The notes beneath the pieces are model-generated. The model was not told the DNA's origin, ran no database searches, and saw only the letters and a list, made by a program, of their open reading frames with translations. From NCBI GenBank assembly GCA_012295275.1, contig CM022670.1, positions 32,054,001 through 32,118,000 of the forward strand: a stretch of 64,000 nucleotides of DNA, written 5' to 3'. Both the position numbers and the translations under genes were made by a program. How positions within the stretch are numbered: position 1 is the stretch's first letter; every line of letters begins with the position of its first letter. Shown here one piece after another: positions 14,329 to 28,200 of this stretch. The stretch is from Chrysomallon squamiferum. Lineage: Eukaryota; Animalia; Mollusca.

Positions 14329-15546
14329 TTAATACATTTTAAAAAGAAAAATAAGAAATCGCAACTTATGAGAAAAAAAGAAAGAAAAAGTATTTTATTC
14401 TCATAAAAAACAACAACTAAATGAAATGAGAGTGATATTCACTGATATATAAGGCACTGATCCATTCGCCTATCTTGTCCACCCGTTTGTCCCATATATA
14501 TATTTATTTCTGTGAATTTTTATTTACTAGCTGATCCTCCTCAAAAATATAATAATTTAAAACAAACGTACACACACACACCTATACTCATATATAATAG
14601 AATATTTTCCAATTTTTTATCTTTTTTTATTAACATCATTATTTTATTACAGCACGAATCTAAAAGTCAAATCATATATTTTGTGAAAAAAAAAAAAATA
14701 ATAATAATTGCTTAAAGTGGATCGTGATACAATAAATTATATGAAATGGTCGAATTTCTAGAGAGTTCATGTTGTGTCTAATAAGTTACATAAGTCTGTC
14801 ATCACTTGACAGCAGATGTCAGACACCTTCCTATGTTATACATGTATGAGAAATATTAATTAAGTTTTCCTTTCCACCATCAACAAGTCGCCGAAGTGTT
14901 GAACATAGCGGGGTTGAGCAGCGTCCACGAAGAAAGATTGCATAACGTTACTCGTTGTTTATAACATCCCGCCAAGCTGGAAATCACATTTTAAACGTAC
15001 GGAGTATCCGCAAGCAGACAGCCCTGGCGTACCCCAGCATGACATATCAGGCTTCTCAACGGCTCGTTTGTCAGGCATCCTCGTCCACATAACCGAGTCT
15101 TTCAGATGACAGTTACATGTCGCTGATGGTGATACAGTTTTCACACGAAATCCTTGATGTATGATCACACAAGAGTATCCGATTATCATTCAGCTCCCAG
15201 ACTCTAATGATCTTCAATAATGATGCAGTAATACATAACAATAAATGAGCCTGTGTTACAGACAGACTGATAGTGAAGTCCAGTCCGGCTGAGGAAGTGA
15301 TGAGATGATGGACGGACGCTGCTAAATAAATTTATTAAATAAATGTATGATACTTTTCCTGCTCGCAGTGGCTTTGGCACATATTTATTTATGTCTTCCA
15401 GTTTTTGTTTGTTTGTTTGGCTTCAGATTTAAAATTTATTCAAGATTTCTGAATCTGTCTTTCAGTTTGACAGTCCATTTCTTTAATTACAAACTAGTGT
15501 CTAGTGTTTGTTCAACCGAAGGAATTACTAGATATAACTTATATAC

Positions 15547-15553
<7 letters not shown>

Positions 15554-15595
<42 letters not shown>
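15554..15595. repeat. (TG)n microsatellite
   Basis: Directly visible. Confidence 0.97.
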
Positions 15596-15596
<1 letters not shown>

Positions 15597-16263
15597 TTTG
15601 GAACTGTTAATATTGTACATAATACAGTTTATCGTTGCTTTTTATGAAAAAATATCCTTCAGTATCAGATATTATCATCAATGTCACAATCATCATCGTC
15701 ATCATAATAATCGCGCTCACCATCATCATCACAATCATTATCACATTCATTAATATTATTTGATACTTTAAAATGTAATATGTATATAATTAACCAGCGT
15801 AAAATTTTACTCTAAACTGACATTTTTGTGATATAACAAGATTCCATCATAGACCTGGCGTTTTCGGTCCATTTCTTTTGATATTACAAAAACAGATAAC
15901 AGTATCGCAGTATTAGAGTGCATGCTTTCTACCTGGCCTTGGATACACTACGCCAAAATGCACTTGCAAACCGCTAACCTTGGAGGTTACGCAATCGCTA
16001 AATTGACAGCGATGGAGCCTCGCTGTTAGGTTATATCAGAATTCTGATACGCCAAAACAACCTGGTCTGTAATTTCAACCGTTAATGGTCTTGTTAATGT
16101 TTGATACATGAATGAAAAAAAATATGTATAGCCCGAGGAGGTTCGGGTTTTTAGACCGATTCATTTGGTAATTGTATTGAACTCTAACTGGCTTAATGAC
16201 GTAAAACATTTATTTAAACAACCGACAACCCTAGGCTGTCTTTATTTTTATTTTTCATTTCAT

Positions 16264-16297
<34 letters not shown>

Positions 16298-17331
16298 GAA
16301 AAAAGAGAAGAACTGCTCTGATATGCTCAACAACAGAACAGGTCTTTGGAAATGATAATCTATTCTAATTTAGCACGGGTTAAAACCGGTATTAACTGAA
16401 TTGTTTAAAAAAAATAATAATAAGGGGGGAAAAAGATAATTATTTCCCCTGGGCAAGTGTTACGTAAATTGTCGATTTCATAACAGAGCGTTAAGTAATG
16501 TGAAGACATAGAGATGAACCCTCGTTATGTATGTAAGTGATAGTCTTGTGTTTCTTTTTCTTTTTTTAAATCAGATAAAATTACCAAGGTAAATAATTGC
16601 ATTACTTACAAGTGAATGTTTCCTCGAACAGAGTGAATAAGTGCAACTAATAAATTGTATCAACAAATTTCAGCTTTAATATGATAGATGTATTATTATA
16701 AAGAAAGGAAGAAATTAAACTTTTCGAAATTAAACATAAGAACTAAAATGACAGAAAATCTCATTAAATAAATAAATAAACAAATAAATAAATAAATAAA
16801 TAAATAACGGAACAAACAACCAACCAATCAGCCATGCAGCTAACTAATTACATAAAACCAGGAATAACATTTGTACGGCGGACGGCCGGTGACATGGCGA
16901 AGATGCGAAATCTGCGCCTGTATAATGCACATTTTCATTCCTTAATGAGAGGAAAATGTCAGAGAAAAGGTTAATAATAATTCTGCAGATTAATAAATGC
17001 CAGTTGTACCGAAATTCACGTCTTCTGTTCTAAGCATCCTTTGACGGACGTCCATCATCATTCACAATCACCACTCACAAACTGCGGTGACCATCTTCTG
17101 GAAGTCATCATCCGGCTATCATTTTTCTGGAAGCCCAGTGGTCAATGCAAACACGATTGTTTTTATTAAATCGGGCTATTATATTATCCTCACTGCAGAG
17201 CTACGAGGAAAATTGATTCAGCAGAAAGAAGACATCTGAAACAGCAAAGCAATAACGTCAGGCACAACAAGACAAGGTCGAGAGTTGAATGTTTTCTTAA
17301 TGTTCATCAAGCGTCCTTGATAATGTTCGGC

Positions 17332-17333
<2 letters not shown>

Positions 17334-17385
<52 letters not shown>

Positions 17386-17439
17386 TGTGTGTATGTGTGT
17401 GTGTGTTTGTGTATGTGTTTGTGTGTGTGTGTCTGTGAA

Positions 17440-17470
<31 letters not shown>
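17334..17470. repeat. Interrupted (TG)n microsatellite
   Basis: Directly visible. Confidence 0.97.
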
Positions 17471-17472
<2 letters not shown>

Positions 17473-17784
17473 ATCTTTATTAATCGTCTTTATACACAGT
17501 CAGGACAACATTTATGTATTATTGTTATTCATGAAACAAAGTAACAAGTAAATAAATTCAAATACTAATAATATCAACAACAACAATAACAATAGAAATA
17601 ATAAAAATAAAGTAATAATAATAATAACAACAACAACAACAACCAAAACAACAAGAACAACAACAATATAAAACTTTTGAAGTGGAATTTCAGTCTTTCT
17701 GCCAAAGTTTTAATTTGAAATGATACCGAGTGGTCATAAGTCTATGCAATATTATTCAATGCGAGGTTGTCTGTGATCTCGGTG

Positions 17785-17877
17785 TGTGTATGCAACACTT
17801 CGGAGACAACCGGTTACGACTAACCCACGACTTTCTATCACTGTGTATGTAACACCTAGGAGACAGCCAGTTACAAC
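17785..17877. repeat. Two-copy diverged direct repeat (~36 bp)
   Basis: tgtgtatgcaacacttcggagacaaccggttacgac versus tgtgtatgtaacacctaggagacagccagttacaac. Confidence 0.8.
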
Positions 17878-18295
17878 AACAGGGACACGTCTGCATCAGG
17901 TTACATTTACAAATTAACGCTAATTAAGAAAACTGTCGGTATTTTCACGCGCTTTAACGCTCTAACAGTTTGTTCCACGCCGACTCGACAGTCGCTGGAT
18001 GGGAATCTTAACATTACGCAATGCCCAAAGAATCATCAAAAGCACTCTAATTACAAATTCACAAACCCCCTGTCTACCCATGGTATGCTTTCCTGTCCAC
18101 TGTCTCCCTTGGAACCTAGCGGCTTTTTCGTTTAATGTCTTCTAATAGAGCAAACAAGTGTTTGCCATAAAAGCAACCTGTACAAAAAGTTAGCATCCGA
18201 CCTGCAGGGCTTGATGAATTCACGTAAGCTAATCAACATCGCGGGTGTTCAGGGGATAAGTATAGAATACAGGAAAGAACAAGAATTACTGGAAT

Positions 18296-18490
18296 TAATT
18301 TTAATGTATTTAGTGACTGTAGATGAATTGAACCGTGTTGTAGCCAATTCTCTTTTGATTTTAATCTATTTAGTGACTGAATACGAATTCTCTTTTGATT
18401 TTAATGTATTTAGAGACTGAAAAAGAATTCTCGTTTGATTTTAAGGTAAATATATACGAATTCCTTTTGATCTTAATGTATTTTAGTGAT
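18296..18490. repeat. 40-bp minisatellite, ~4 copies
   Basis: Unit aattctcttttgattttaatgtatttagtgactgaatacg starting at 18346, 18386, 18426 and ~18459, with a partial copy at 18296. Confidence 0.92.
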
Positions 18491-19852
18491 AATGTCTCAT
18501 TGCTGTTGTTATTTCAAATTTTCCAGTCATATTAATAACTTGAAATGAAATAAAGCCAGAAATAAAGAAAAAATGTCTGTATGTATTTTGAATTAAATTA
18601 ATGTCAGTGAAATGTAACAGTTTGTTGTTTTAATTCATACAATTAACACAGGAGCCCTGCTGAACCTCCCCACCCCACACTTTTTGTTGTTTCTGTTAAT
18701 GTTATATGTTGCTGACGGGAACAGCTGAGTTTTGTTGTTGAGTTGTTGTTGTTGTTGTTGTTGTTGTTGTTAATTGGTGGTGGTTATTTAAAATTTTACC
18801 TGTATCATTATCGTAATCCTTTTATATTTGCTTTATCATTTTTCCAAACATTTTTAATTTTAAACCTTCAAAGTAATTTAACTAAATAATATATTTTTTA
18901 ACATATTAGGCGTGTAAAAATAGTAACGACAACTCTTTGATGATGTAATGAAATAGTTTATATATATATATACTGTAAATTACCAAGTTATGATTAATTA
19001 ATTAATTTCATTTCATTTTTTGCCCTCTAATTTTAATAAATAATGATGCATAAGAAGAATATAAAACAATTAAAAAAATCTATATCTAGCTACCGCCATT
19101 GTTCCTGTTATGACGTCATCGCGCTGAGAAAAAACACAGTTATCTGTCCGACGAACATGCAAGTGTTTTGTAACATGTTTTTAGGTCACACTTTATTAGA
19201 TTACCGCAAACATTAAATAATAACTTGGAAATATAAAGAATGTTTAAGACCATTTATTTCTAAGAGCAATTTTAAGGAAATTTGTACTCAGTTATCCGAA
19301 ACCATAAATCTTTTGAATAAAATAGTTAAATGAGAACATAGCTTATAGAGTTAAAGATACTAATCTGACGATATGATTTATGTTAAATCATAAACTGTCA
19401 ACACGCTCCTATTTACAAAATTCAGTATGTTTTAAAGATTATTGGATTGTGATAACACTATCGCATTTGCGTTTTATTTATTATTTTCAAGTTTGTATAT
19501 GTGTGTGTGTGAATGTGTGTGTGCGTGTGCGTGTGTGTGTGTGAAACTATATATATAAGCAGAAACAGTATTTTAAGTTTGTGTTGTGTCTACTTAAAGC
19601 AGATGTTTCCATAACTCTTCAAACGATAAAAATATAGTGACTACGCACGAAACAGAACGTTGACTTCATAAACGTCACTTTGTTTTGTGATATATCGACT
19701 GTATCACACAATCTTCTCGTTTCGTATGCATATTTGTCAGTGTTGAGAACATTATGGAGCAGCTTGATAAAATGTTGACGAGAGAGCAATAATATATATA
19801 TATGTATGTATATACACATTTATTTGCGACCATACTTAGGTACATAAATATT

Positions 19853-20029
<177 letters not shown>

Positions 20030-21257
20030 AGAGAACTTTTTTTTATGTTAGTCATAGAATTTCTTTTACATTTATTTCACTGTTTGATCGTTTTGTTTTT
20101 CATTCACACGTCCATTATTCTGACATATGATAGCCAACTTCTGTGTCGTTAGACATTCCTACATAACTCCATTCCTTCATCCCCAATTATCAGGTGTTAA
20201 AAATATTGCTTCCAACTAACTGGAAAGCAGTGATGGTTACATGTACATATTTCAGTTCCCCGAGAAAGCTTGTTTAAAGCGCGGCAATAACTTTAAAAAT
20301 AAAGAGTTATATATCAGATTCAAACAACACGAACATACGTCTAACGTTAAAGAGGTTTCTTTTTTATTCCACTTGTACCACGAAGAAGAACGAAAGCCTA
20401 TTACATACATCCTAGAAGAAAACGCATCGTGGCAATGGCCTAAGTATTACATCCATCCAATTTAGACAGAGTGGCAAATTTCATGTGAAGTTCAAGTTTA
20501 TGCCTTTAAATGTTTCCTGTTGTCAGTGGTAAAAGGAGATAAGATCTGAAGGGGAGGAAACGGGGATATTCATCAGCTCCAAGTGAAAACAGGCGCGGAC
20601 ACGACGTGGAATGTCATATGGATTCAATGCATTATTGCATCGTAACGCGAAAACATCAGCGTGTTGAAATACTATGGGCAATAACAACACCTAAAACACT
20701 GATTTATTCTTGAGTAGAAAACAAATAATATGCTATTTAATAGCATAGGTGTTATTCAGTAGTTACATGGTGAATTCAGCAGTTAGATAAAATATTTTAT
20801 AGTAAAATAATTTGTGCTACTGAATTAGAAAAAATATTCTGCTCATTTAAAATAAAATTTAAAAATAAAAGAAAACATATTTGTCACTTTGTGAATATAT
20901 ATATATATATAAAAAAAAAAAAAAGCCCCGACATTTCTTTCTATCATCGTGGCAGCATTGTCCACTGAATTACCAGTGGCAGTCTCACGAGAAACTGATT
21001 TTAAAATAGTTCAGATAAACTATGAATAATATGATATAATACAGTAATTATGTCAGACAAATGTAGACGAGGTTCTTGAAGAGAAACCAGTCACAGATAT
21101 CCATGTCTGACCGTTAAACAAAAGTATCCTGATGCAATTAAACAGTTTAATAAATCTGAACGTAGTAGACGAGAAAATGTAAGTATTCACATTATATTGA
21201 TTACTTTCTTTCTTTTTTCTTTTCTTTTCTTTTTTTTTTCTTTTTTCTTTTCTTTTC

Positions 21258-21301
<44 letters not shown>

Positions 21302-22297
21302 CTAGAATATATTACAAATTTTACAAGCTGTCACATGTCTTCACTGAATGCCTGGTATCGGGACAATTTCAAATAAATAAACCCTCATTTTTTTCTCTCC
21401 TAAATTCCAGTCCCTGTAAGCCTTTCTCTGTGACTCGCGCAGTTCCTTCACATCCCAGTCTGGTTCACCGAAGACATGATATATTCTTTCCTGTCTGAGA
21501 AAAAATGCTTATGAAATATCTCTTGTCACTAATCGGCGAAAGTAGCACACGCCGCAGCCTCGCTAAGAGGTTTGACTGAAAAACGCGCGCTGAAACGTCT
21601 TTTAACAAGTATTACCTCGCGATACTTCTCTCGTTTTTATTTCTTTCACCATCATGTAACATCTGCATTTTTCTACTTATCTTTCTTTCATTATTACTGT
21701 CTTTTCATTTGTCTCTGTTTTTCCATTACTATCTCTCTATTTATCTTGTTTGGGTTTTTTTGTGGGTGGGGGGATGGTTGTTCTTTTTGTTTCTAAGCTA
21801 ACGTTACTGATTTTCTCGACCGGTCAGTCTTTCCTCTTATTTCTGTGTCTCAGCTTATTTTCTTTCTCTAATTTTTTAGTTTTTTTTCTGTCTGTCTATC
21901 CGTCTGCCTGACAGACAGTTTGTCCACTTCCTTTATCTCTGAATATAACAAACTATAAATTTAAAACAGATTAATATCACTAGATACATTAACTGATTTT
22001 TTTCTTTCTATCTATCTCTCTGACATGTATGTCATTATTTGTATTGTCGCAACTCGAATCGATACTTCTGTTATACACACTGTAAAACGTATTAATACAA
22101 CGTGATATTAATTAACAGAGTTTAACGTACCCAGTCTGTTAGGTTTCAGTGACGCACGTCATTTGATGACGTTAATAGAAGTTCAAAGGACATTATCAGT
22201 GGTGACACCATTAGCCCGAATATATCTATGTGTGGGTTAATAATGTGTGGGTTAATTTTTTGTTTCTGTGACTTTAAATTAAATATCTAAAAATAAA

Positions 22298-22410
22298 CCA
22301 GGCTCTATGGTTAAGCAATTGGTTTCAAGACTGATTTGGTTCTGGGTTCGCTTCCCAGCCTCGATTCCCATACATAGTTAAAACCACAATACTTTCTTTT
22401 TCTCTCTGTT
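22298..22410 (+). mobile_element. tRNA-derived SINE head (decayed) or tRNA pseudogene fragment
   Basis: D-loop/A-box-like tggttaagc (22308), an anticodon-arm-like stem, and a T-arm/B-box hairpin ctggg-ttcgctt-cccag (22342-22358); no intact acceptor stem. Confidence 0.65.
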
Positions 22411-22675
22411 ATCCTAAAACGTTAACACATATTTTATCAAAAGATACATTCCCCGAGATTCTGCGTCCACAGTCTTCGCACTTGACACTTCAGTACAATG
22501 AAGGCGCTGAAATTATTGTTTTTGAACAATTGATCAATGTATAAAATAAGAGGAATTATAAACAAAATTTATTGAAGATAAAGGAGATCGATATGTATGG
22601 TTGTTTGCGTTAGGTGACGTTTTCTAGTTGTAATTTTATAGGACATCCGCTATATTTCAAGTAATAATTTTATGT

Positions 22676-22677
22676 TA

Positions 22678-22731
<54 letters not shown>

Positions 22732-22864
22732 TGTATGCTCTTTCCAACTGCATTTGGTATATCAGAGATGGAAAGAGAGAAAGAAAATGAAACAGAGACG
22801 CATTATGTGCACGTGGGTGCATGTGCGTGCGTATTCACACATATACATATATGTAGAGACAGAC

Positions 22865-22940
<76 letters not shown>
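22676..22940. repeat. (ATT)n and (GA)n microsatellites
   Basis: (ATT)n 22676-22731; (GA)n 22868-22940. Confidence 0.96.
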
Positions 22941-22942
<2 letters not shown>

Positions 22943-23427
22943 TAAGCTATATTAGTTACGTGTTTTGTAGAGTAGAAACTGGACAGACATGTTATGTAAT
23001 CTGCAAACATCTTCAGCACGTTCTTCTGAACCTGTTTTCAATACTGCTGTCTTTTCAGTAACTGATACTTTTTCGCTTTTAAAAAAAAAAAAAAAAAAAA
23101 AAATCTAACAGATATGCAAGACAGACATAATATTATCCGTTTTGTGGCATGTGGCGTTCTTGTCACTTTGACTCAGTTTCGTAATTATGTCCTTTTAAAA
23201 ACACATAAAACACAAGCCGACCTAGTGACCCTGGTCGAGTTTCTCTACTCTTTTTTTAACATTTTCAATTTCTTTTTAACAAAAGTAAAAACAAACAAAA
23301 GCCTCATACTCGATATGATTAAGAAAACATAGACCATTTTTATTGCGAAAAACCCCAAGACAGTTCTTTATTACTTTCATTCCGTTTTTTGTTTTGTTTT
23401 GTTTTCTTTCTTTGTTTGTTTTAGCTT

Positions 23428-23445
23428 TTATTATTATTATTATTA

Positions 23446-23498
<53 letters not shown>
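23428..23498. repeat. (ATT)n microsatellite
   Basis: Directly visible. Confidence 0.97.
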
Positions 23499-24043
23499 TT
23501 ATGTTTTATTCATAAAAAAGACTGTAAAAAACAAAAAAGAAGAAAGAAAAACTGCAATGAAACTGTCGTAATGGATTTTTTTTTAATTTTCTTTTTCAAA
23601 AGTCTTTTGACAGATGACAATATGGGACATCCGTTTGTAAAACAGTTTGTTGAAACCCATCTTTGTCTTACTGTTGTCTTTACATTTTTAATGATGAGAA
23701 TGGCCCGTAGTTGTTATTATTATAAAATGTATATTGGAAATAAAGTACAATAAAGATCAGCCATCTGTAGAATTTTTTCAGAATATCCAGATGGCACGAA
23801 AAACTTCAGAAATAAAACAGTATTATATGTTCCAGACATTTATTTTTCCACAAACCATCACAAAAAGCAGTGAAGCGTTGAAAAAAGTCACCATTACACA
23901 AAGCCAAGTTTGCTGAACGATGTTTTTTTTGAAGAAAAAAAAAGAAAAGAAAGAAAAATAAGTAAATACGCTACATGCTATTTGGAAAGAATTTTAATTT
24001 AAAATTATCGCTATTTTAATCTGATTGATTGTTGGTTGACTGA

Positions 24044-24046
<3 letters not shown>

Positions 24047-24111
<65 letters not shown>
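24047..24111. repeat. (GA)n microsatellite
   Basis: Directly visible. Confidence 0.98.
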
Positions 24112-24113
<2 letters not shown>

Positions 24114-25511
24114 CCCGTGAAGAGCCTCAATCTAGCGCACGTTCTTAGCTCGCGTTTGTCGCGTGGAAGGGAGGACTTATCCATTTCAATGCGCGAGAAC
24201 TCTGACAGGAAAACAGACACCATAGGACCCAATTTGGGGCTGCGCTTGGACGAGTTTAATGCGGCATTTCAACTCCAAGTAATTCGACAGTGAACTTTCC
24301 GGATCCTTTGCTGCACTTTATTGTTAGTGGCCGTGTTCAATAAAGAGACATGGAACGCGATCTGCTTGAAATGGAGAAATTCCAGTCTTTATGACACAGA
24401 CGACAAATCCCATCTTATCGCCAAAACACATTTAAAATCTTTCGCAGATCTTTACGCGTAGATTTTAGAACTATTATAAATTTGTAATCGGTATGTCTAA
24501 ACTAGTCATTCAATTAGTTTTTTTTAAGCGTCTGTATAATAATTATACGTCCATGTAAGTACCATATATTTGTAAAAAGGACTAACGTCATTAAATTATT
24601 TTAAAATGCTGTTACTTCTACTAGTAGGGCCTACTATTAAATAAATAAATGACAATGTCGTAATGAGAAATATAATTAATAGTTTATTAAAATATTTTGA
24701 AGGTGGGTGGATATGTGTGCGTTCGCGCGCGCGCGCGTGTTGCATTCAGATATTTGAAATGTATGGCTTTCGCGCACACATTAAAACAAATTAAAGAAAA
24801 ATGTATGTGTAGCTGGATAGCATTCACTAATGTTTACGTAATTTTCAGTGTATTAAAAGAAATGATTATATAAACAGATATTATATATTATGTGCTTTCG
24901 TGTGCATATGTATCTTTATATTCGATACACCATATGAAAAAGACAACTATACATAATAATAATACAAAATAAACTTTGAAAAACATATCTGAACGACTTA
25001 GTTCAGTCCTTAAGCACAGTGACCCCATTTTAAAAATATATATTTATTTTCACGCCAAACACACAGTGCATATGTACCGTGCGCCTAAAAATAATTGTTT
25101 AGTCCAGTTGTCAGGACTACAACTGCATAAATATAGACACCTAGGACCCTATTGTTAGCGGTTGGTTAAACCAACAGTCTAATTCTCCATCTATATCGGG
25201 AAATGTTCTCAATCCAAGTCGGGAACAAGAAGTGTTTGTCCACATACTTCCATTAGTAACCAGTCAATAAATTCATTTATAGAAAGGGAGTTAATTGATA
25301 ACGTTGGTTTCGACCTATGAAAGCCTTTCTAGACACGTACTGTAATATAATACAAATTTATATTACAGCGCACTTGATCTGGAGAGACAACAAATCAAAA
25401 CAGCAACCTTTAAAAAGTTTAATAATAAGTAACAGACATAAGCAGAAAGGCACTCGCTTGACATCGATATACAGAAACATAAACATATATAAACATGCAC
25501 TGAAATACGTT

Positions 25512-25533
25512 TGTGTGTGTGTGTGTGTGTGTT

Positions 25534-25586
<53 letters not shown>

Positions 25587-25697
25587 TTACATAGATACAA
25601 ATATGCACACAGCTAAATAACCATATAGACAAACAGAAATATATAGACATAACATTATTTTTGAATACGTATAGCACTATAAACACAAATGCACACG

Positions 25698-25731
<34 letters not shown>
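25512..25731. repeat. (TG)n and (CA)n microsatellites in inverted arrangement
   Basis: (TG)n 25512-25585; (CA)n 25700-25731. Confidence 0.95.
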
Positions 25732-25732
<1 letters not shown>

Positions 25733-26623
25733 ATTACCTTACTGAAATAAAATAAAAATAAAAATCAAATGGATATACTCGTATTTCAATCAACGCGACC
25801 GAATTATTTGAAAAGACAGTTCAAACACAGCACTTTCCCAAAATAGATATAAAAACACATTTCTAATAACACTTCTCTCTATTAATTTGAAAGAAGAAAA
25901 AATCCCACTTTGACGTCGACAGTCGCAAGCTGACATTTGTCACATGTATTGTTTTTATATTTATCCCAGAAAATCAACCACATACTTAACATTTAGTACA
26001 AATAAGTGAACAATTTACGAACGATGTAAGCGGACTCGAACCAAGAACTGCAATTCGCGACAGTCGTTTCGATCTCACGGTGTCACAAGATGTTAGTTTG
26101 TGCCACGTGTTAATAAAAACAGTTGAACGTTGTAAGTTGGTAGGTAACTAAAGATTACGCAACTATTAAATGTATTAGCTAACACTGCTCTAAACTGAAA
26201 GTTCGCGAGAAGAGAAAGTCAACAATGTTCCATGGAACACTGCTACAGCTAACAAGCATTAATGACCTTTTAGCAAATAATCATCGATGCACACGTTTTC
26301 AGAGTGACTGTGCTAATAAAGTGTTGACAGGACCAGAATCGCGACCTCTCCGGGTTTTTGCTTTTCTCTTCTAATTCCGAGTGTTTTCACACGAGAATAA
26401 AAATAAAATAATTATTTATAGAAAAGATAAGAAGTTAATTACGGACGAGCATCTGTTCAGATAACTTTGAACACGAGAAGGCATGATGATAACATGAGAG
26501 ATAATATGCATGCTAAAAGTAATACGCATTAAAAAAAAAGCGCACGGAGGTAACTTATAAAATGCAGTATATGATTTTTTGCACATGCACACGAATGCAC
26601 AAAAGCCACGAGCTATACACACT

Positions 26624-26627
<4 letters not shown>

Positions 26628-26689
<62 letters not shown>

Positions 26690-26816
26690 CAGAGACAGAG
26701 TTCATTTTTGTCTCGTCTCCTACTTTCTCTGTTTCTCATTTACGTGTTTACATACATTATAAAAGACGTACAAAAACATAATTTATGCACCACTTAACAT
26801 AGAAGCTTTACAAACG

Positions 26817-26864
<48 letters not shown>
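26628..26864. repeat. (GA)n and (CA)n microsatellites
   Basis: (GA)n 26628-26700; (CA)n 26818-26864. Confidence 0.96.
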
Positions 26865-26867
<3 letters not shown>

Positions 26868-27699
26868 TTGGAAGTGTAGATATGCAAAACAAGATTAAAC
26901 AAAAGAAGATGATTAAGAAAACACAAAACTTAAATTATATTGATCGTAGTTATACTGTTGATATTCGTATCAGTGTACCGTATCAGTGTACCAAATCTGT
27001 GCATTTTTCAAACTACGCAATGAACGGGGTTGTCCCACAGGAGCCTCACGTTTGACAGACGCTCTGCGACGTGTGGCTGGAACCCCAGGACTGACTGAAA
27101 TTTGACACTCGAGACAGCAGCCAGGCAAATCCATTCCAGCTCGAGGAAGATATTTTGAATTCAGCTTAAAAAAAAAAAAAAAAAAAAAAAAAAATGAAGA
27201 AGAAGAAAAAAAAAAGAAAGCGAAAATTAAGAAAGAAAAAAGAAAAACGAAAATTAAGAAAGAAAAAAAGAAAACCCATTATAATTTACATGGCACGGAG
27301 CAGACAAAACAAACACGAATTATGATGTTTTGACGACAAAAAAAAAAAAAAAAAAAAAATATAATTATTTTTACTGACGTAACAATAATTCACTATATCT
27401 GATTTTTATTTAAAGTCACTATGAAAATACACCCTGATAACAAATGTAACAAAAGTTATAAATGTAGCTTTAAATTGCAGTCGACTTTCACTAATAATTA
27501 TGACAGTACTAGAAAGGAATATCTTCATGTGTTGTCGCAAGCAGAAAAGTATAGGCCACATCATCTGGCGAAATTGTACACATTAACCAGACAATAAATG
27601 TTTTCTGATCTTAGAAGATATATTGTGCCTTGGTAATATAGTTGTAGTTTTGATAGCACCAAACAGAAGTAATATTTTGGGTAGTTAGAGAGAAGTGGG

Positions 27700-28200
27700 C
27701 GAATGATAATGTAGTAGTTGGCGGTAATAATAACTAGTGATGTTGATGTTTATTATAGTGGCAGTTGTTGTTGTAATCGTACTACCATTAGTAATAGTTG
27801 TAGTAGCAGTAGTAAGATCATTAGTGGTCTTGGCAGTGATTTTTTGTAGTAGTAATAGTAGTAGTAATAATAGTAATAATTGTAGAAGTATTGAAATAGT
27901 AGTAATAATAAAACTAAAGTGGTAATATCAGTAGTAATACCAGTAGTAGTAGTAGTAGTAGCAGCTGCCGCAGTAGTAGTAGCAGTAGCAGCAGCAGTAG
28001 TAGTAGGAGTAGCAGCAGCAGTAGTAATAATACCTATAGCAATTGTTGTGGTAGTAATAGCAATGGTAATAGCAAGAGTGATAGTAGCAATTTCAGAAGT
28101 AGAAACAGTACTGTAGTAGTAGTAGTAGTAGTAGTGGTAGTAGCAGCAGCAGCAGTATACAGGACAAAGCAATAGTAGAACAGTATAACAGTAATGTTAG
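27700..28200. repeat. Long degenerate trinucleotide tract (AGT/AGC/AAT)n
   Basis: gtagtagtagcagcagta...; explains the V/A/T/Y-rich ORFs on both strands. Confidence 0.93.

Noticed and set aside
17785-18490. CRISPR-like appearance of the 36-bp and 40-bp repeats
   Set aside because: The units are diverged or contiguous without unique spacers, there are no cas genes, and the context is eukaryotic.
22298-22365. Functional tRNA gene
   Set aside because: Only the T-arm is intact; there is no acceptor stem or canonical anticodon loop, so it is treated as a SINE head.
24115-24201. Possible 87-nt minus-strand exon (FSRIEMDKSSLPRDKRELRTCARLRLFT)
   Set aside because: Weak donor (gtatct) running into a microsatellite, phase incompatible with the 47181 donor, and no recognisable homology.
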